DNA from: Bispira polyomma
Lineage: Eukaryota
Direction of reading: 5' to 3'
DNA length: 64,000 nt
NCBI GenBank assembly: GCA_965649765.1
Contig: OZ287757.1
Coordinates: 23,126,001 to 23,190,000, forward strand
Position numbers and translations under genes: made by a program. The notes under the pieces are model-generated. The model ran no database searches. It was not told the DNA's origin and saw nothing but the letters and a program-made list of their open reading frames with translations. Below are positions 23,717 to 36,160 of the stretch, piece after piece (position 1 is the stretch's first letter; each line of letters opens with the position of its first letter).

Positions 23717-24732
23717 CTAAGTCTGATTTGATGCCTCTAGCACATTCTCCAGCTCTTTCCATCTGGGATCGTCAAAGCTGTTCTTGTCCCTGGCCGTTTT
23801 ACAGCGTTCTATCATGACGGCTTTCCTCTTCTGCACCACTTTGTTTATATTCTGGTTCGCCTTAATCATGACAGACAGAGGCAGTGACCTAGTTAACTTT
23901 ACGATCACATCATCATGACACAGAATCTCTTGTTTTGAATTCTGCCGACTAAATCGCTCTGTGGGTAAGCAAGGGTGTTCTTGCTCTAAAACAGACTTAT
24001 GTGGGGATTCGTAGGTGACTGGGCGATAAAGGGGGATTTCAGGCAGTGAAGCAGCTTTGTGTAATCTCTCGGCTGATGTTGTACACTTGGCAGAGGCTAA
24101 AGTCACCCGCCTCTGCCGGATGTCTCCTGTCTTACCTTTTGACAAGCCTTTAGTCTCTAGTATATCCATATTTCTAATATGCTTCTCTCTGAAAATCTTT
24201 TGCTGCTGTATGGGTCCGTTAGCCATCTGCTCCTTGTTACAAGATAAATCCGGACTGGAGATTGCACAGAGTCCGAGTCCTGGTTTGGCCTTTGAACTGA
24301 CATAGGTGGAGTTTGGGATTTTCTGTTTCTCTATTAGTCTCTGGGAGGGGTGCAAGGGTGGCATGAAGACCCCCAAGCCTGCAATGTTCTCATCGACTAC
24401 ATCATCTCCATCCTCTTCATCCAGCCTCCTAAACCGACTCTGTCTCCGGCTGCTGAGTTTGTTAAAATCCTTGTTGTTCAGATCCGTGCTGTACTTGGTC
24501 AGACCCCGTGTGAACCGCAGGTTGTATTCCGGATCAAAGATCTGGCTGACAAAGAAGTGCCGCTGGTTCCACTCCCATATCTTCTGTCTCCGCGTCTGAC
24601 CCAGGTTGATCTGGGTCAAGGTCTTCTGAAGGTCACGCTCCACCAAGGGATTGCTGCTCAGCAGCACTTTTGGCAGGTAGCTCTTGGCAGGTATTCGTGT
24701 TTTACTGGACCGTACCCCTCTCTCCTCAAACC
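23717..24732 (-). CDS. Uncharacterised 361-aa protein, last (large) coding exon
   Basis: 1016-nt open frame, GC-richer than its flanks, preceded on - by ctaatttcttattgcag. Reads GFEERGVRSSK...ERDLQKTLTQINLGQTRRQKIWEWNQRHFF...SFDDPRWKELENVLEASNQT-stop. Confidence 0.85.
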
Positions 24733-25758
24733 CTGCAATAAGAAATTAGATGGAAAAAGGCACCAATTAGTTACTGCGTAGATAGAGATATGACATAACA
24801 ATATTATAGTGATTATTATTTATTTTATAGTGACATGTAACAATATTTGCTATAGATGAATACAACATGTACTTTCATTTATTTACCCAGCCCATATGGG
24901 CTTATAAGTCACTTTTAAACAGAAAAAATATATTGATAGAGTGTACATGTAACCATAGTAGCCATCCTAACTCATCTATGCAAGGTGTCTTTTCTTAATT
25001 GCCAAGTAAGCCTCAAATAATTTACTAATTTTCTAGTAGAATTTTTTCTATATTATAATAAATATTATAATAAATTTTTCCTTATAAAATTATAGTGTTT
25101 GTGTAGCATACAAATCTTCCCTAAAGTTTTTATAAAATGGGCATATACACAAGAAATTTAACTAATCTTCTGCACTATTCAAAGAACATAATTGACAAAA
25201 TCTTTGTTCAACTTTAATATTTATAAAACAACCGGTTTCTATTCTCAGTTGTAACATACCACTTCGAAATTGTGCTAACAGTGATCAATTATTTTTGTCT
25301 AAATTCTATTTAACGTTGTTTGAAGTTTTAAAAAGGCAATTGTAAATTACAATCTGTAAAAGTTGAAATCTCTCACACATATCAGTAGATTCAAACAATT
25401 TTTTTTTACACTATTCATTTTTACTTTTATAACCGTACAGACATAAGACTGACTTTCTGTCAATGTATTTGTAATATTGTATAAAAATATCCTCAAATTT
25501 TAAGATATCTACGGAAGAGTACAGAAGAGTATAAGGGTAAAATTTTGCTCTTTTTTTGAATTGTCGAGATAATATCTCGATAAATCGTGATAATTAAGGG
25601 GCAATTTTTGGGGGGTGTATAATGCATTTTATTTTTTTCATATACAATAGTTTACATATTATTGACGTAAAAATTTTCAGTATACAATATTTTATGTAAA
25701 ATAAATTACTAATACTGACCAATTTTGTTGAAATTGGCTTTTGTTGAAAGCCTGATTC

Positions 25759-26025
25759 ACTACTTTTGACCCCTATGACTGTTTGTGTTTTGCCCTAATT
25801 AACTACTTTTGACCCTATGACTGTTTGCTGATTAACTACTTTTGACCTCCCTGACCGTTTCTGTCTGGTCCTAATTAACAGCTTTTGACCTTTATGACTG
25901 TTTGTCTCTCGCCCTAATTATCTAATTTTGACATCTATGACTGTTTGTGTCTTGCCCTGATTAACTACTTTTGATCTCTATGACTGTTTGTTGATTACCT
26001 TTTGACCATATGCCTGTTTGTGCCC
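25759..26025 (+). repeat. ~43-bp minisatellite in the intron of the - strand gene
   Basis: ~7 copies of actacttttgacccctatgactgtttgtgt..gccctaatta. Confidence 0.85.
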
Positions 26026-26810
26026 TTAATATCGGTGTATTAAGTTATATACAGGTGCTATCATTGGATTATTTACATGGTGAGAACAGTACAGTACTGT
26101 AATTGTACTCAGCGACCTACAATGACATAGTAACATCTAGTTAAATAGGCGACATATACATTAATAATTAATCGTTTGTAATTACATACTTTGACATATT
26201 TGTGTGGATTATATTGTGATCCAATTTATACCAGCCACATTTATCTACCTTTATCTGACATTCAAAGTGTCCATTAACCGTTTTTTGACTACCAAAGTAC
26301 ACCTTCAGGGCACTTTATTCGGCCACTGGGGCTAAGGACCCAATGACAGAACCACACCGACATGCTAAGTGGTGACATCCGAGCCACTATGTGTCTGCTT
26401 GTACCTGGTCATTCCAGACTGGAATAGAACCCAGTTTTGTATTTTGCCGTTTATTGATGCAAGGCATCTTCTATAGTGCAACAGCAGAATCAATTAACCA
26501 ATCAAGAAGTTAAAAAACAAGGTTGTAAAAAAGGATATGGAGGTGAACTTAGTTGAGTATGCAAGTTTGGAGAGATAGGTTTTTTCTTAATCCACCGAGC
26601 TGTTTTTAGTGAGCTCAACAAGGAGACTGTGTCATAACATAGGGGTAGCGATTGAGGAAACTGTAGATCGAGGCCCCTTGATAGGTCTAACAGAGGAAAT
26701 TTAAATTCTCTTTGCTATTTTGAGGTTACGTAAGATCACACCTTAAGACACATACACTCACTCATTCACTCACACATACATTCAATCACTCACACATATT
26801 ATACACATAC

Positions 26811-26880
26811 CTGCCAACTCCTGCTCCAGGTGATTAGATATCAGTCTCCCACTCTTCTGGATACCATTCCTTGATTCCAT
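26811..26880 (-). CDS. Uncharacterised 361-aa protein, first coding exon
   Basis: On -: tatatag|ttctggatcATGGAA; MESRNGIQKSGRLISNHLEQELA; donor CAG|gtatgt; phase 1 matches the next exon (70+1016=1086 nt). Confidence 0.75.
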
Positions 26881-29800
26881 GATCCAGAACTATATATACA
26901 GCAGGTATATTCACAGGTGTGACGTGTAAAAGAGGTTGTATTCTACCATTTAATTATCCATCTCAAAATTTGACAAAGATCCCTTTTCTTGGCAGATAAT
27001 TATATATAATGTATCCCAAAGCTAATAACTTCTACAGAAATTGGTTTTTGCCACTTTACACAATATCCTGACCATAACTACTTATAAACATGAAATATTA
27101 CACACTTTTTTATCAATAGATATTTTTGGCCACCTAATAGATATTTGCAATAAATAGTGAAGACTCCACCAATTCCCAAACAATGTCAGTCTTCTTCTAT
27201 CCTCATACACAGTACCCCCACTCACATATTCAAATAATTAGAACTAAATATCTCATATGACCTCAAGTCTGACCCTGTCCATTACACCTCTGAAAAACAA
27301 GAAGTCAAGTGTTTGCCGTTCACTAAACTTACATATCCAACAAGAGAGTGTCTGTTTTCAAATAACTTTCAGACAATAACTATGCACACATTATATCTTT
27401 TGTCCTTACAATAGTCAGCATTCACAGATTTATAAGAGTTTCTATAGTTTCATCTCTTACAAAGAGCTTCATTTAAAAAAAGAGAACTAAATATCTACTT
27501 ATTTTTGTTAAGAATGTCTGTGATTTTACAGCAAACACTTCTCTAACTATGTTGACTATTTAATACCTCCCTCCTGAGAAGAATGCAAGGCAATTTGTCT
27601 CTCCCCCCTTTTAAACATTATACAAGTATTTTTGATTCAGCTTACTTTACGAATTTACTTTATGGGTGATATATATGGTTTTATTATTTCCCTCTTTTGT
27701 CTGTGCTGTAAAAGCCTTCCTTTATATCTGTGCAGTAAAAAGTTGAGAAGTTTGTTGTGTTTTATTGTACAAAAAAAACCAACCAGTCACAGTGTAGGAA
27801 ATGTCCTTTGGACACGAAAGCCTCCAATATGGAACATAAAACACATCCTCAGCAAACCGTTCCCTTTCAATTAATACCCTTTCCCCCTGTTTCTGTTGCT
27901 TGTGTCACAATCCAGGTAATACCGTTAAAAGGAGAAAAAAAAAAATCTCTATATTTATTACACAACAATTTAATCCCATTATAAATAATGCATTTCTGCA
28001 TTAAAACTCGTTTGAAGAGGCTTTATATCCAGAGTCACCTGGACAGCTTTAACAAGCTCCAAGAACTGATATCTTTACACACACAACAAACACACACATA
28101 CACACATATACTATATGTATGTTAGATAAGTTGCTTGTGTTACAATCTACTCGCCACTGTTTGCTTTTGGGGCCATAAATAAAGTCAGTTAAGGACAGAT
28201 TATATTTACTAGTCATCGAGGCTGCATTTATCTAGTTCTCGGATTCATTGCTCTCTATAGGGCCCGTATTCTTCAAAAAAGAAAACTCAAAAGGTAAAAC
28301 TCAGGTGAAGGCAAGGCATAACTCTGATATATGAGAATACCATATACTTGTAACCATTCGTTTTATTAGAGCTTTCAGCGCTGAATTCAAATATGAAGAC
28401 AGATCTTATGCATCTTTCATCTCTTCAGAGATATGGAGACTAAAGCTTGATTATAGATTTGAGTCTAAGTTCAGCTTGAAATGATCTGATTCATTGCACT
28501 CCAGACATGAAAGAAATCGACTTCTCACAACTTATTGATGTCAGACAAATCAGCCAGTCTGTGCCCCCTTCTCTAGCCTGGCACAAGGCTCAAGTTTGTA
28601 TGTCAGAAAGGCTTATTTAACATACCATAGCATATGGTATGTGTGATAGCACACTTATACAACCCATGGTGATTTCAAATACGCTTCTCCATGGTCAGCC
28701 ACTATGGGTGACCATTTATCAAAGTCCTCAAGGATCTTTAATCTGTCAGTGGAGATAGAACTCAGTGGCAGACGACCACCATTTTAAGTGGGTCACATTT
28801 TATTGTATTGTATCATGGATTTTGTACATATTTTGTTATATTGTTTTGTTAATTTTAATGCTGATTATTTATGCAGGCATATTTTAAAGTATCAATAAAC
28901 CAAGAAAGATAGTCTAGTTTAAGTTTAATTGAAATTTAACATAGCTTTCAAACTTATCTTGTATCATATGATGATGCATGGATAATCCACTGGTGGAGAC
29001 AATCAGAGGAGTGTAGTTTGTTAAGGGTTTCTACTCTGGCCTTGGGTGTGTCTACTACATACTTTCTCACGTACATGCCACGGACCAAGGATTGAACCCA
29101 TGACTGCAGAGGTAGGAGGCGAATGTGATACCACTAGGCATAGTCAAAAAACATAGTCAAGATGTAAATAAGGATGTAGGACCTGACCACAAAAATGACA
29201 TTTGGTGGGCAAGTAAGTTTAAAACGATGGGACTTAAGTTTTGTCCTAAAACCAAAATGTATTTGTGGTGATCTCGAGGTTATTTGAGATACCCTATTGC
29301 CTTTTTAGGGGTTGTTGAAAGACAAAAAGAGCAGCTAGGTAAGTAAGAGTCTTGTAAAGAACTAGGACCTCTTATTTTATTCGTCAAAGACTGTTCCTTT
29401 TAAGAAGTACAGCCTTGCTCAGTTTCTAAAACAGATCTCTGTGTGTGAATACAAAAAAAATACACTGATTTTAAGACTTCATTATAAAAAGGAAACTGGA
29501 GTCTTATGGAAAGACTGGTCCTTCCGCTGAAGTAAGGGGGCTTCATTTGCTGAACACAGAAGATTGATTCTGTATACTTGAGTGACCCCCCAAGACACGA
29601 AATTATTGATCTAGCCTTGTTCATAGGCTTTTTTGTCTAAGGAAAATATGATAACCCGTAAGGCCAAAAACAGAAGCTGTGTTGTTTTGATGTCCGCATA
29701 TTGTGGTATAAATGTTAATCGCATTATCCCATTTATTTACAAGCAAATGCCACAATTATTCCCATGAAGGGAAAAAATATCAGTGGTGACATGATTCAGA

Positions 29801-31094
29801 TACCTGGGTTCGCCAAAACACACCTCTACAATACCTCTGGACTATTCACAGATATATTCATTTACCTAGATATATATCATTATTCATTGGATGAAAGAAG
29901 AATACATTCATTTCTGTATCATTTTTATACATTTAAACAATAATTGAATAAGTACGGCTATGGCACCCTTCACCATGTGAAGCGTGAAAGGGAGTTGCGC
30001 CCCTTGCCGCCGGATGCTACGGGGTGGGTTAACACCCAGTCTGGTTGCTTGCTGATTAACCAGCTGTTAACCCCACTACCCTTACGACCTTGCTATGCCC
30101 ATGGACTTTACGATTGGACCAATGATTCTGCTGTTGCGCTTTAGAAGATGCCTGGCATCAATAAAGCGCGTTAAAAATGCATAATAATAATAATAATAAA
30201 TAAATGATCACCAAAAAGTTATTAACAAAGGAACGATATATTTTTGGTTTGATATGTTCATTTCAGTTAAAAGACAATAATAACTAGCTCATTAAAAAAT
30301 AAATTGTATTTTATACTTTCCAGGTAACACCCAACACACCACAGATGCTCACCGCAGGACAAGTCGGGGACAGTTTTGGTGGTAGGTGGCACTCTTCAGT
30401 GTATTCCTGTTCTTTGCTACATAGTGTCATTTTGTGTTGTCAGCCAATGTGTGTCAGATTATATATCTGTCTCTGATCCCACAAACCCTTTTTGGTTGTT
30501 TTTTATTCAACAATCTTCGAATTTAGCAGCCATCTATTCGTATATGAATAAAGACGATTTTTTCCTTCTTGGTGTATATTAACCTGGTATTATAATTTAA
30601 CACAGGCAACATACTGCAACTTTCAACCAAATTTCCTTTGCATTTTATATGTTTAATGCATGTCAGAATGGTTTTACCTATACCTGGTGTGCATGGTAAA
30701 TTATCTGTTAAACCTTTGAATCAAATTATAACCCTAATGTGTTAAATTAGAATACCATGCGCTAGGCATGTGATTACTGTCTTGTTAATGTCATTTCTAC
30801 TAACTGTGTGCCACCATATGGTATTCAGAATAGAATAGTTCTGAAGCTTCTGTAACTGAAGGTGATGGGTTTGTATTCCTGATTTATTGTGGCCAACGCT
30901 TCAAATTCTACCATCATATTTCACAATAGCTTATGAATACTGGCGAATGCTACCGTAGAATCTACTTATGCAGTCAACCCTACTAACTTATTTTTAAGAC
31001 TTTTCTTCAGCAAGATATTTTAAGGAGACTATATCTGATCTATGAAGCTAAAACCAATTCCAAACAATCATAGGTAGGAATTTGAATTTAAATA

Positions 31095-31260
31095 CTGTTG
31101 GGTTTTACATCCCTTCCAAGAGCTCAGGTCACTGTAAACTACCGACCTATGGCAAGTACTTGACAAACTTTCACAGATGAAGGGACAAACAGGATTAAAA
31201 CCCAAATTGGTAAGAAACCATTAAGCTTACACTTCTTACTACTGGGCCATTGTGGCCACT
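31095..31260 (-). mobile_element. SINE family B copy
   Basis: gcaagtacttgacaaactttcacagatgaagggacaaacagga core; a further decayed copy at ~31915-32110. Confidence 0.65.
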
Positions 31261-32678
31261 CAAGCATGGGTAAGACGGGATACACAGTGACAAAGTAAGT
31301 AGAGAAACAAGCAACTAAACTCAGGGAATGTTTGAAGTTTGTGTCTGGGAACTTTGAAATGAACTACTGTTTAAGTAGACATTTTATATGGAAGTAAAGT
31401 TAAATAATTTACAACTTGGAGAAGTTCAGTGGAATTAATTTGCACTGTTGGTGCACATATTGGTTCTAGATACGATGTCTGCGATATTGTTTTATTTTGT
31501 GGGAAAACATCAATATAAATTCTCATTGGGAATTAATTTTCACTATTTCATTAGCTAAACTGGTTACTTCACTAAAATTTCAATTCCACTTACAGAGTAA
31601 TTTAGTTCTATTTACCAACTATGGCTAACATACCTAAATCCTGAGAAAGGCTAGGTTGTATTTATCAGTAGGAAAAATGATGCCTGCTTAAGTCCACTCG
31701 CCTACTCTAACAATCCAACTTAATTGACAGTTTGTGACTTAATTCACTTGATGTTGGCCACAGTGACAGAGTGGAAACTAGTTCTCTCTCTTAAGTGACA
31801 CAGTAACCTTGTCCTAGTCTCAATTTTCCTATACAATAAAGAAGTATTTGATTTAGATTTCGTTAGAACATATTAAATCGCTTACCACAACTGTGCCCTT
31901 GCAAAGAAATTATGAACGACTTTCAACAGCTTAGATAACATCATTACGACCGGATTTAATGGGGGGAAAAGCAGTAAATATCAGCCCTACAGCAAGTACT
32001 TGAAAAAAATCCACATGAAGAAACAAACAGGATTCCGAACCAACATTGGCCCATCGTGTACCTGGAAGCTGGACCCAGGTGTGTTACCCGCTGGGCCACT
32101 TAAGCCACAGTAGCATATATTATTATCAAATTAAGTTATAGAGGTACATTATGCCTCTATTACACTTTTGATGGATATTAAATAGTAGTTTGCACCGTTG
32201 GAGAAACTAGATTTGTTTTTGTATATAGTATATTATGACGTCACCGCTGTGCAAACTTTATGGACAGGTGAGATTATTGGAGTGACTGAACGTATTGGCA
32301 TCAATGTGTCCAGGCAGTGAAGTATAAACTAATGGTAAATAAATTAACCACATTCATTTCTGTGGACACATATGGCATGACTAATCTGTACACATACACA
32401 CCTATACATCAAACTTTGGCCAATATATATCTGTTATACAATAAAGTCTTGTTATCATTATGTGAAGACATAACTAAGTGTCTATGAGAACATTGGAGTT
32501 TATTAGCCTTGCTTAACGCTAGTTTTTTTGGGCCAATGTCTAACCCAATGTTTACATTCAGGCAAGGGATGACTTGGTGTTGGGTGACAGCTGATTCTGA
32601 TTTTGGTTATGTCATATTTATTATATTTTAATGTGGTTCCATTTGCGACAGAAACAGGTGAACGTAGGCAGGTGATCT

Positions 32679-32982
32679 CTGTGGCCTAGCAGCTAGAGTG
32701 TTCAACTTTGAATCATAGGGTCCCAGGTTCAATCGGCCTAGAGATTTGCCCTTGGACAAGGTGCTTTACACTAAGTTGTCTCTCTCCACCCAGGTGTACT
32801 AATGGGTACCTGCTAATGGGTATTAGTCTCTACACTGTATGTGACAGCATGGTCAGTATGCTCCCCTTCGAGCTGAGAAAACAATTGGTTGACAAGTGAA
32901 AAAACTGGGGTTGTACAATTTGTTCAGCGTTTTAAGGCTACCAAGAGAACGCGCTATATAAATGTATCACATTTACATTTTA
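32679..32982 (+). mobile_element. tRNA-SINE with CORE/Deu-like central domain and L2-like tail
   Basis: gtggcctagc..ggttcaat head; cccttggacaaggtgctttac and tccacccaggtgtactaatgggtacc centre; gcgctatataaat(acattt)n tail. Confidence 0.7.
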
Positions 32983-33659
32983 CTGGTGACTGACTGGTGA
33001 TGATACCAGTAGCATTGTGAACAAACACAAAATTTATATATTATTTGAATTGAAAAAACCCTTTTGGTTCTAGATTTCCTTATTTTATAAAAAGAAAAAT
33101 CACTCGCCTGTCTCCTGAATGGAAGCGAGGCCTATTATTGGATTTGGAATAAGAGTATAAATACTTACATAGTTATTTAATCACATGGTACTTGTATAGG
33201 TTGCCAGACATCAACTCTTCTTTAATTTAGGTTTACCATCACTTTTAACACGTCTTGTGTAAATTAGAAACAGGATACCTCGTCCTAATCTTCTGGTCTG
33301 CAAACCATCAACATTCAGCAAGTCTACAGCCAACTTTCCCACATACATGCCAGGGGGGAAATACGAGTCCACAACTGCAGAGAGCGGCAACTGCTTTACC
33401 ACTAGTCTATGATACACCATGTTCAACCTTGTAAAGTTTGAAGAGTGTCCTATAATGTGATTTTGTGATGGCCAGCACCTCACTGTTCCATCATCTAAGT
33501 AGGACAGTTCCTGGTTAAGGTAATTGAAATGGAGTCAACTGGGCGTCATCAGGGATTATGATAGCACCTACCAGTGTTGCCTTGTAGGCACGTAGGAACA
33601 TAGACGCACTGGACTCTCAGCTACAGGCAGATACAAACATAATTAAGAATTAAGAATAT

Positions 33660-33850
33660 AATGGGGTTTTATGTTGCTTTCAACATCTTACGTCACATTA
33701 CGATTAGCAGATTCAATGGGGAAAAACTAGTGCTGAAGCAGTGTAAACCACCAACCCACAACAAGTACCTGAACAATTTTCCCACGTGAAGGAACAAACA
33801 GGATTCAAACACACATTGGTGAGAAACCAGTGATTGTAAAGCAGGTGCTT
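33660..33850 (-). mobile_element. SINE family B copy
   Basis: caagtacctgaacaatttttcccacgtgaaggaacaaacaggattcgaa-like core. Confidence 0.7.
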
Positions 33851-34279
33851 TAATTAGATCAATCGAAACAATATCTTCAACCAATCAGAATGACAGACAA
33901 AATTTTAAGAATAAAAATATTTGTGAATACCAGACCATATGTTCATGGGAGTAAATGATAATTATATGAGACACATTACGTTATTTAGATGCATTCTCAT
34001 AGTCAGATAACTATAAAAACTAGGGAAACTATCATTTTGTTTATATCAAGCTGGACACGAATGTAAAGGCTAGTAGGCTTCGTGTGTGAGATTCAAATAT
34101 TATCAGGCGTTAAGGAGCTGTCAGAGAATACATGTCTTTGATCTGGGGATTGTATGGAATAATTAATTCCATTACCAGTTACATTCTAATTGGGGGACAT
34201 TTATTAAATTAGTTTGTTTTATTTGATTTATGTTAAATTTGTCAAAAATAGTGGCTATTTTTGTTTGTTTGTTATTGTT

Positions 34280-34310
<31 letters not shown>

Positions 34311-34499
34311 GGTTTACCTGATAATTTATGCGCACTTCATTGATGTATTTTATGCTAATTATCGGCATTAATTCAATTTTCTATTATTATCCTCAATGCA
34401 GTTATATTACTTTACTCAAAACTCTCATTGACTTTTGTTTTGACTTTCAGTAAACACATACTATTAACTGCCAATCCCCCAACGGAGGCAGAGGGGGAT

Positions 34500-35566
34500 T
34501 AAGGATGTAAACCACTTATCAATGTCCAGAAGGTTCTTTAACCTGCCACTCGACAAAAAGTGATCGCGAGGACCGCATTGAAGTGGTCTTCAGAGCCTAT
34601 TTGTACCATTGATTGGACCCAGAGTGACATAGCACATTGAAGTGGTCTTTAGAGCCTGTTTGTACCATTGATTGGACCCAGAGTGACATAGCACATTGAA
34701 GTGGTCTTCAGAGCCTGTTTGTACCATTGATTGGACCCAGAGTGACATAGCACATTGAAGTGGTCTTTAGAGCCTGTTTGTACCACTGATTGGACCCAGA
34801 GTGACATAGCACATTGAAGTGGTCTTCAGAGCCTGTTTGTACCATTGATTGGACCCAGAGTGACATAGCACATTGAAGTGGTCTTTAGAGCCTGTTTGTA
34901 CCACTGATTGGACCCAGAGTGACATAGCACATTGAAGTGGTCCTCATAGCCTATTTGTACCTGTAAAGGGGACCACCCATTTAAGTGGTCTCCAGAGCCT
35001 ATATGTACCTGTAATGTAACCAGGGTAACAGAGGACAATCCATTTAATTGGTCTTCAGAGCCTTTTTGTACCTGTGATTGAAGCGAAAGAGGACAACCCA
35101 TTTAAGTGGTATTCAGAGCCTATTTTTACCTATTATTTAACTTAGGGTGACAGAGGACCGCCTATTCAAGTGGTCTTCAGAGCCTATTTGTACCTATGAT
35201 TAAACCCAGAGTGACAGAGGACCACCAATTTACGTGGTCTATAGAGCCTATTTGTACCTGTAATGGAACCAGGATGACAGGGGACCACCCATTTAAGTGG
35301 TCTTCTTTTTACCTGTAATTGAACCCAGGGTAACGGAGGACCATTCATTTACGTGGTATTCAGAGCCTATTTGTACATGTGATGGAACCTAGGTGACAGA
35401 TGACCGCCCATTTAAGTGGTCCTCAAAGCCGATTTATACCTGTAATTGAACCCAGAGTGACAGAGAACCACCCATTTAAGTGATCTTTAAAGCCTATTTG
35501 TACCTGTGATTGAACCCAGGTCCTCTGTGTGTCCAAGCAAGCCAATCACCCACCATATCACAATGA
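34500..35566 (-). mobile_element. SINE family C copy whose internal segment is amplified into a 59-65-bp minisatellite
   Basis: Head on - at ~35565-35510 (acctgggttcaatc), ~15 tandem units at 34577-35520. The 3' part (34500-34575) resembles 8860-8950 and 28705-28795. Confidence 0.75.
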
Positions 35567-35954
35567 CATGTTGGTATTATTATTTCTTTCCAATAATAGA
35601 ACTAATAAACATGAGGAGCCGCCGTTATTTTTAGTCATTTGGTTCTTTATTTACACACATATGATGATCTGATATACCTGACTCTTATTGTAGAATAAGG
35701 ATCAAATTACATAATACGTGTTTAAATATTTAACATCAGACATGTCTTATCTTGGTCCATATACTTGGTTTGAAGTATATAATGAGGCACATACAAATTG
35801 ACTTTACCTCATGAGCATTAATTATAATGAAAAGTTATCAATATGTCTGTCGTCAACTCTTGTGGCCAATATATAGGGACAAACACTTCATATTGCTATG
35901 TATACATTTAGGCTGGTTATTTATATACATGTATACAGTACATTTGAATTTGAA

Positions 35955-36160
35955 CTTCGTTGGCGATTACATCGCTTTGAAAAGCTCAGATCACTGTACA
36001 GTAGCCAGATATTAATGGTGGAAGAAACTAGTGCTGAAACACTGTAAATGACCGACAAACTTTTCCATATAAAGGAATTAACTGCATACGAACCCACATT
36101 AATGAGAGGCCAGTGATTGTGAAGCAGACAATTCTAACCACTAGACCACCACAACCACTG
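35955..36160 (-). mobile_element. SINE family B copy
   Basis: tggtggaagaaactagtgctgaa...gaacccacatt...gagaggccagtgattgt...ctaaccactag. Confidence 0.65.

Noticed and set aside
24057-24781. Three + strand ORFs overlapping the - strand gene
   Set aside because: Antisense shadows of a GC-richer coding exon, with no recognisable motifs.
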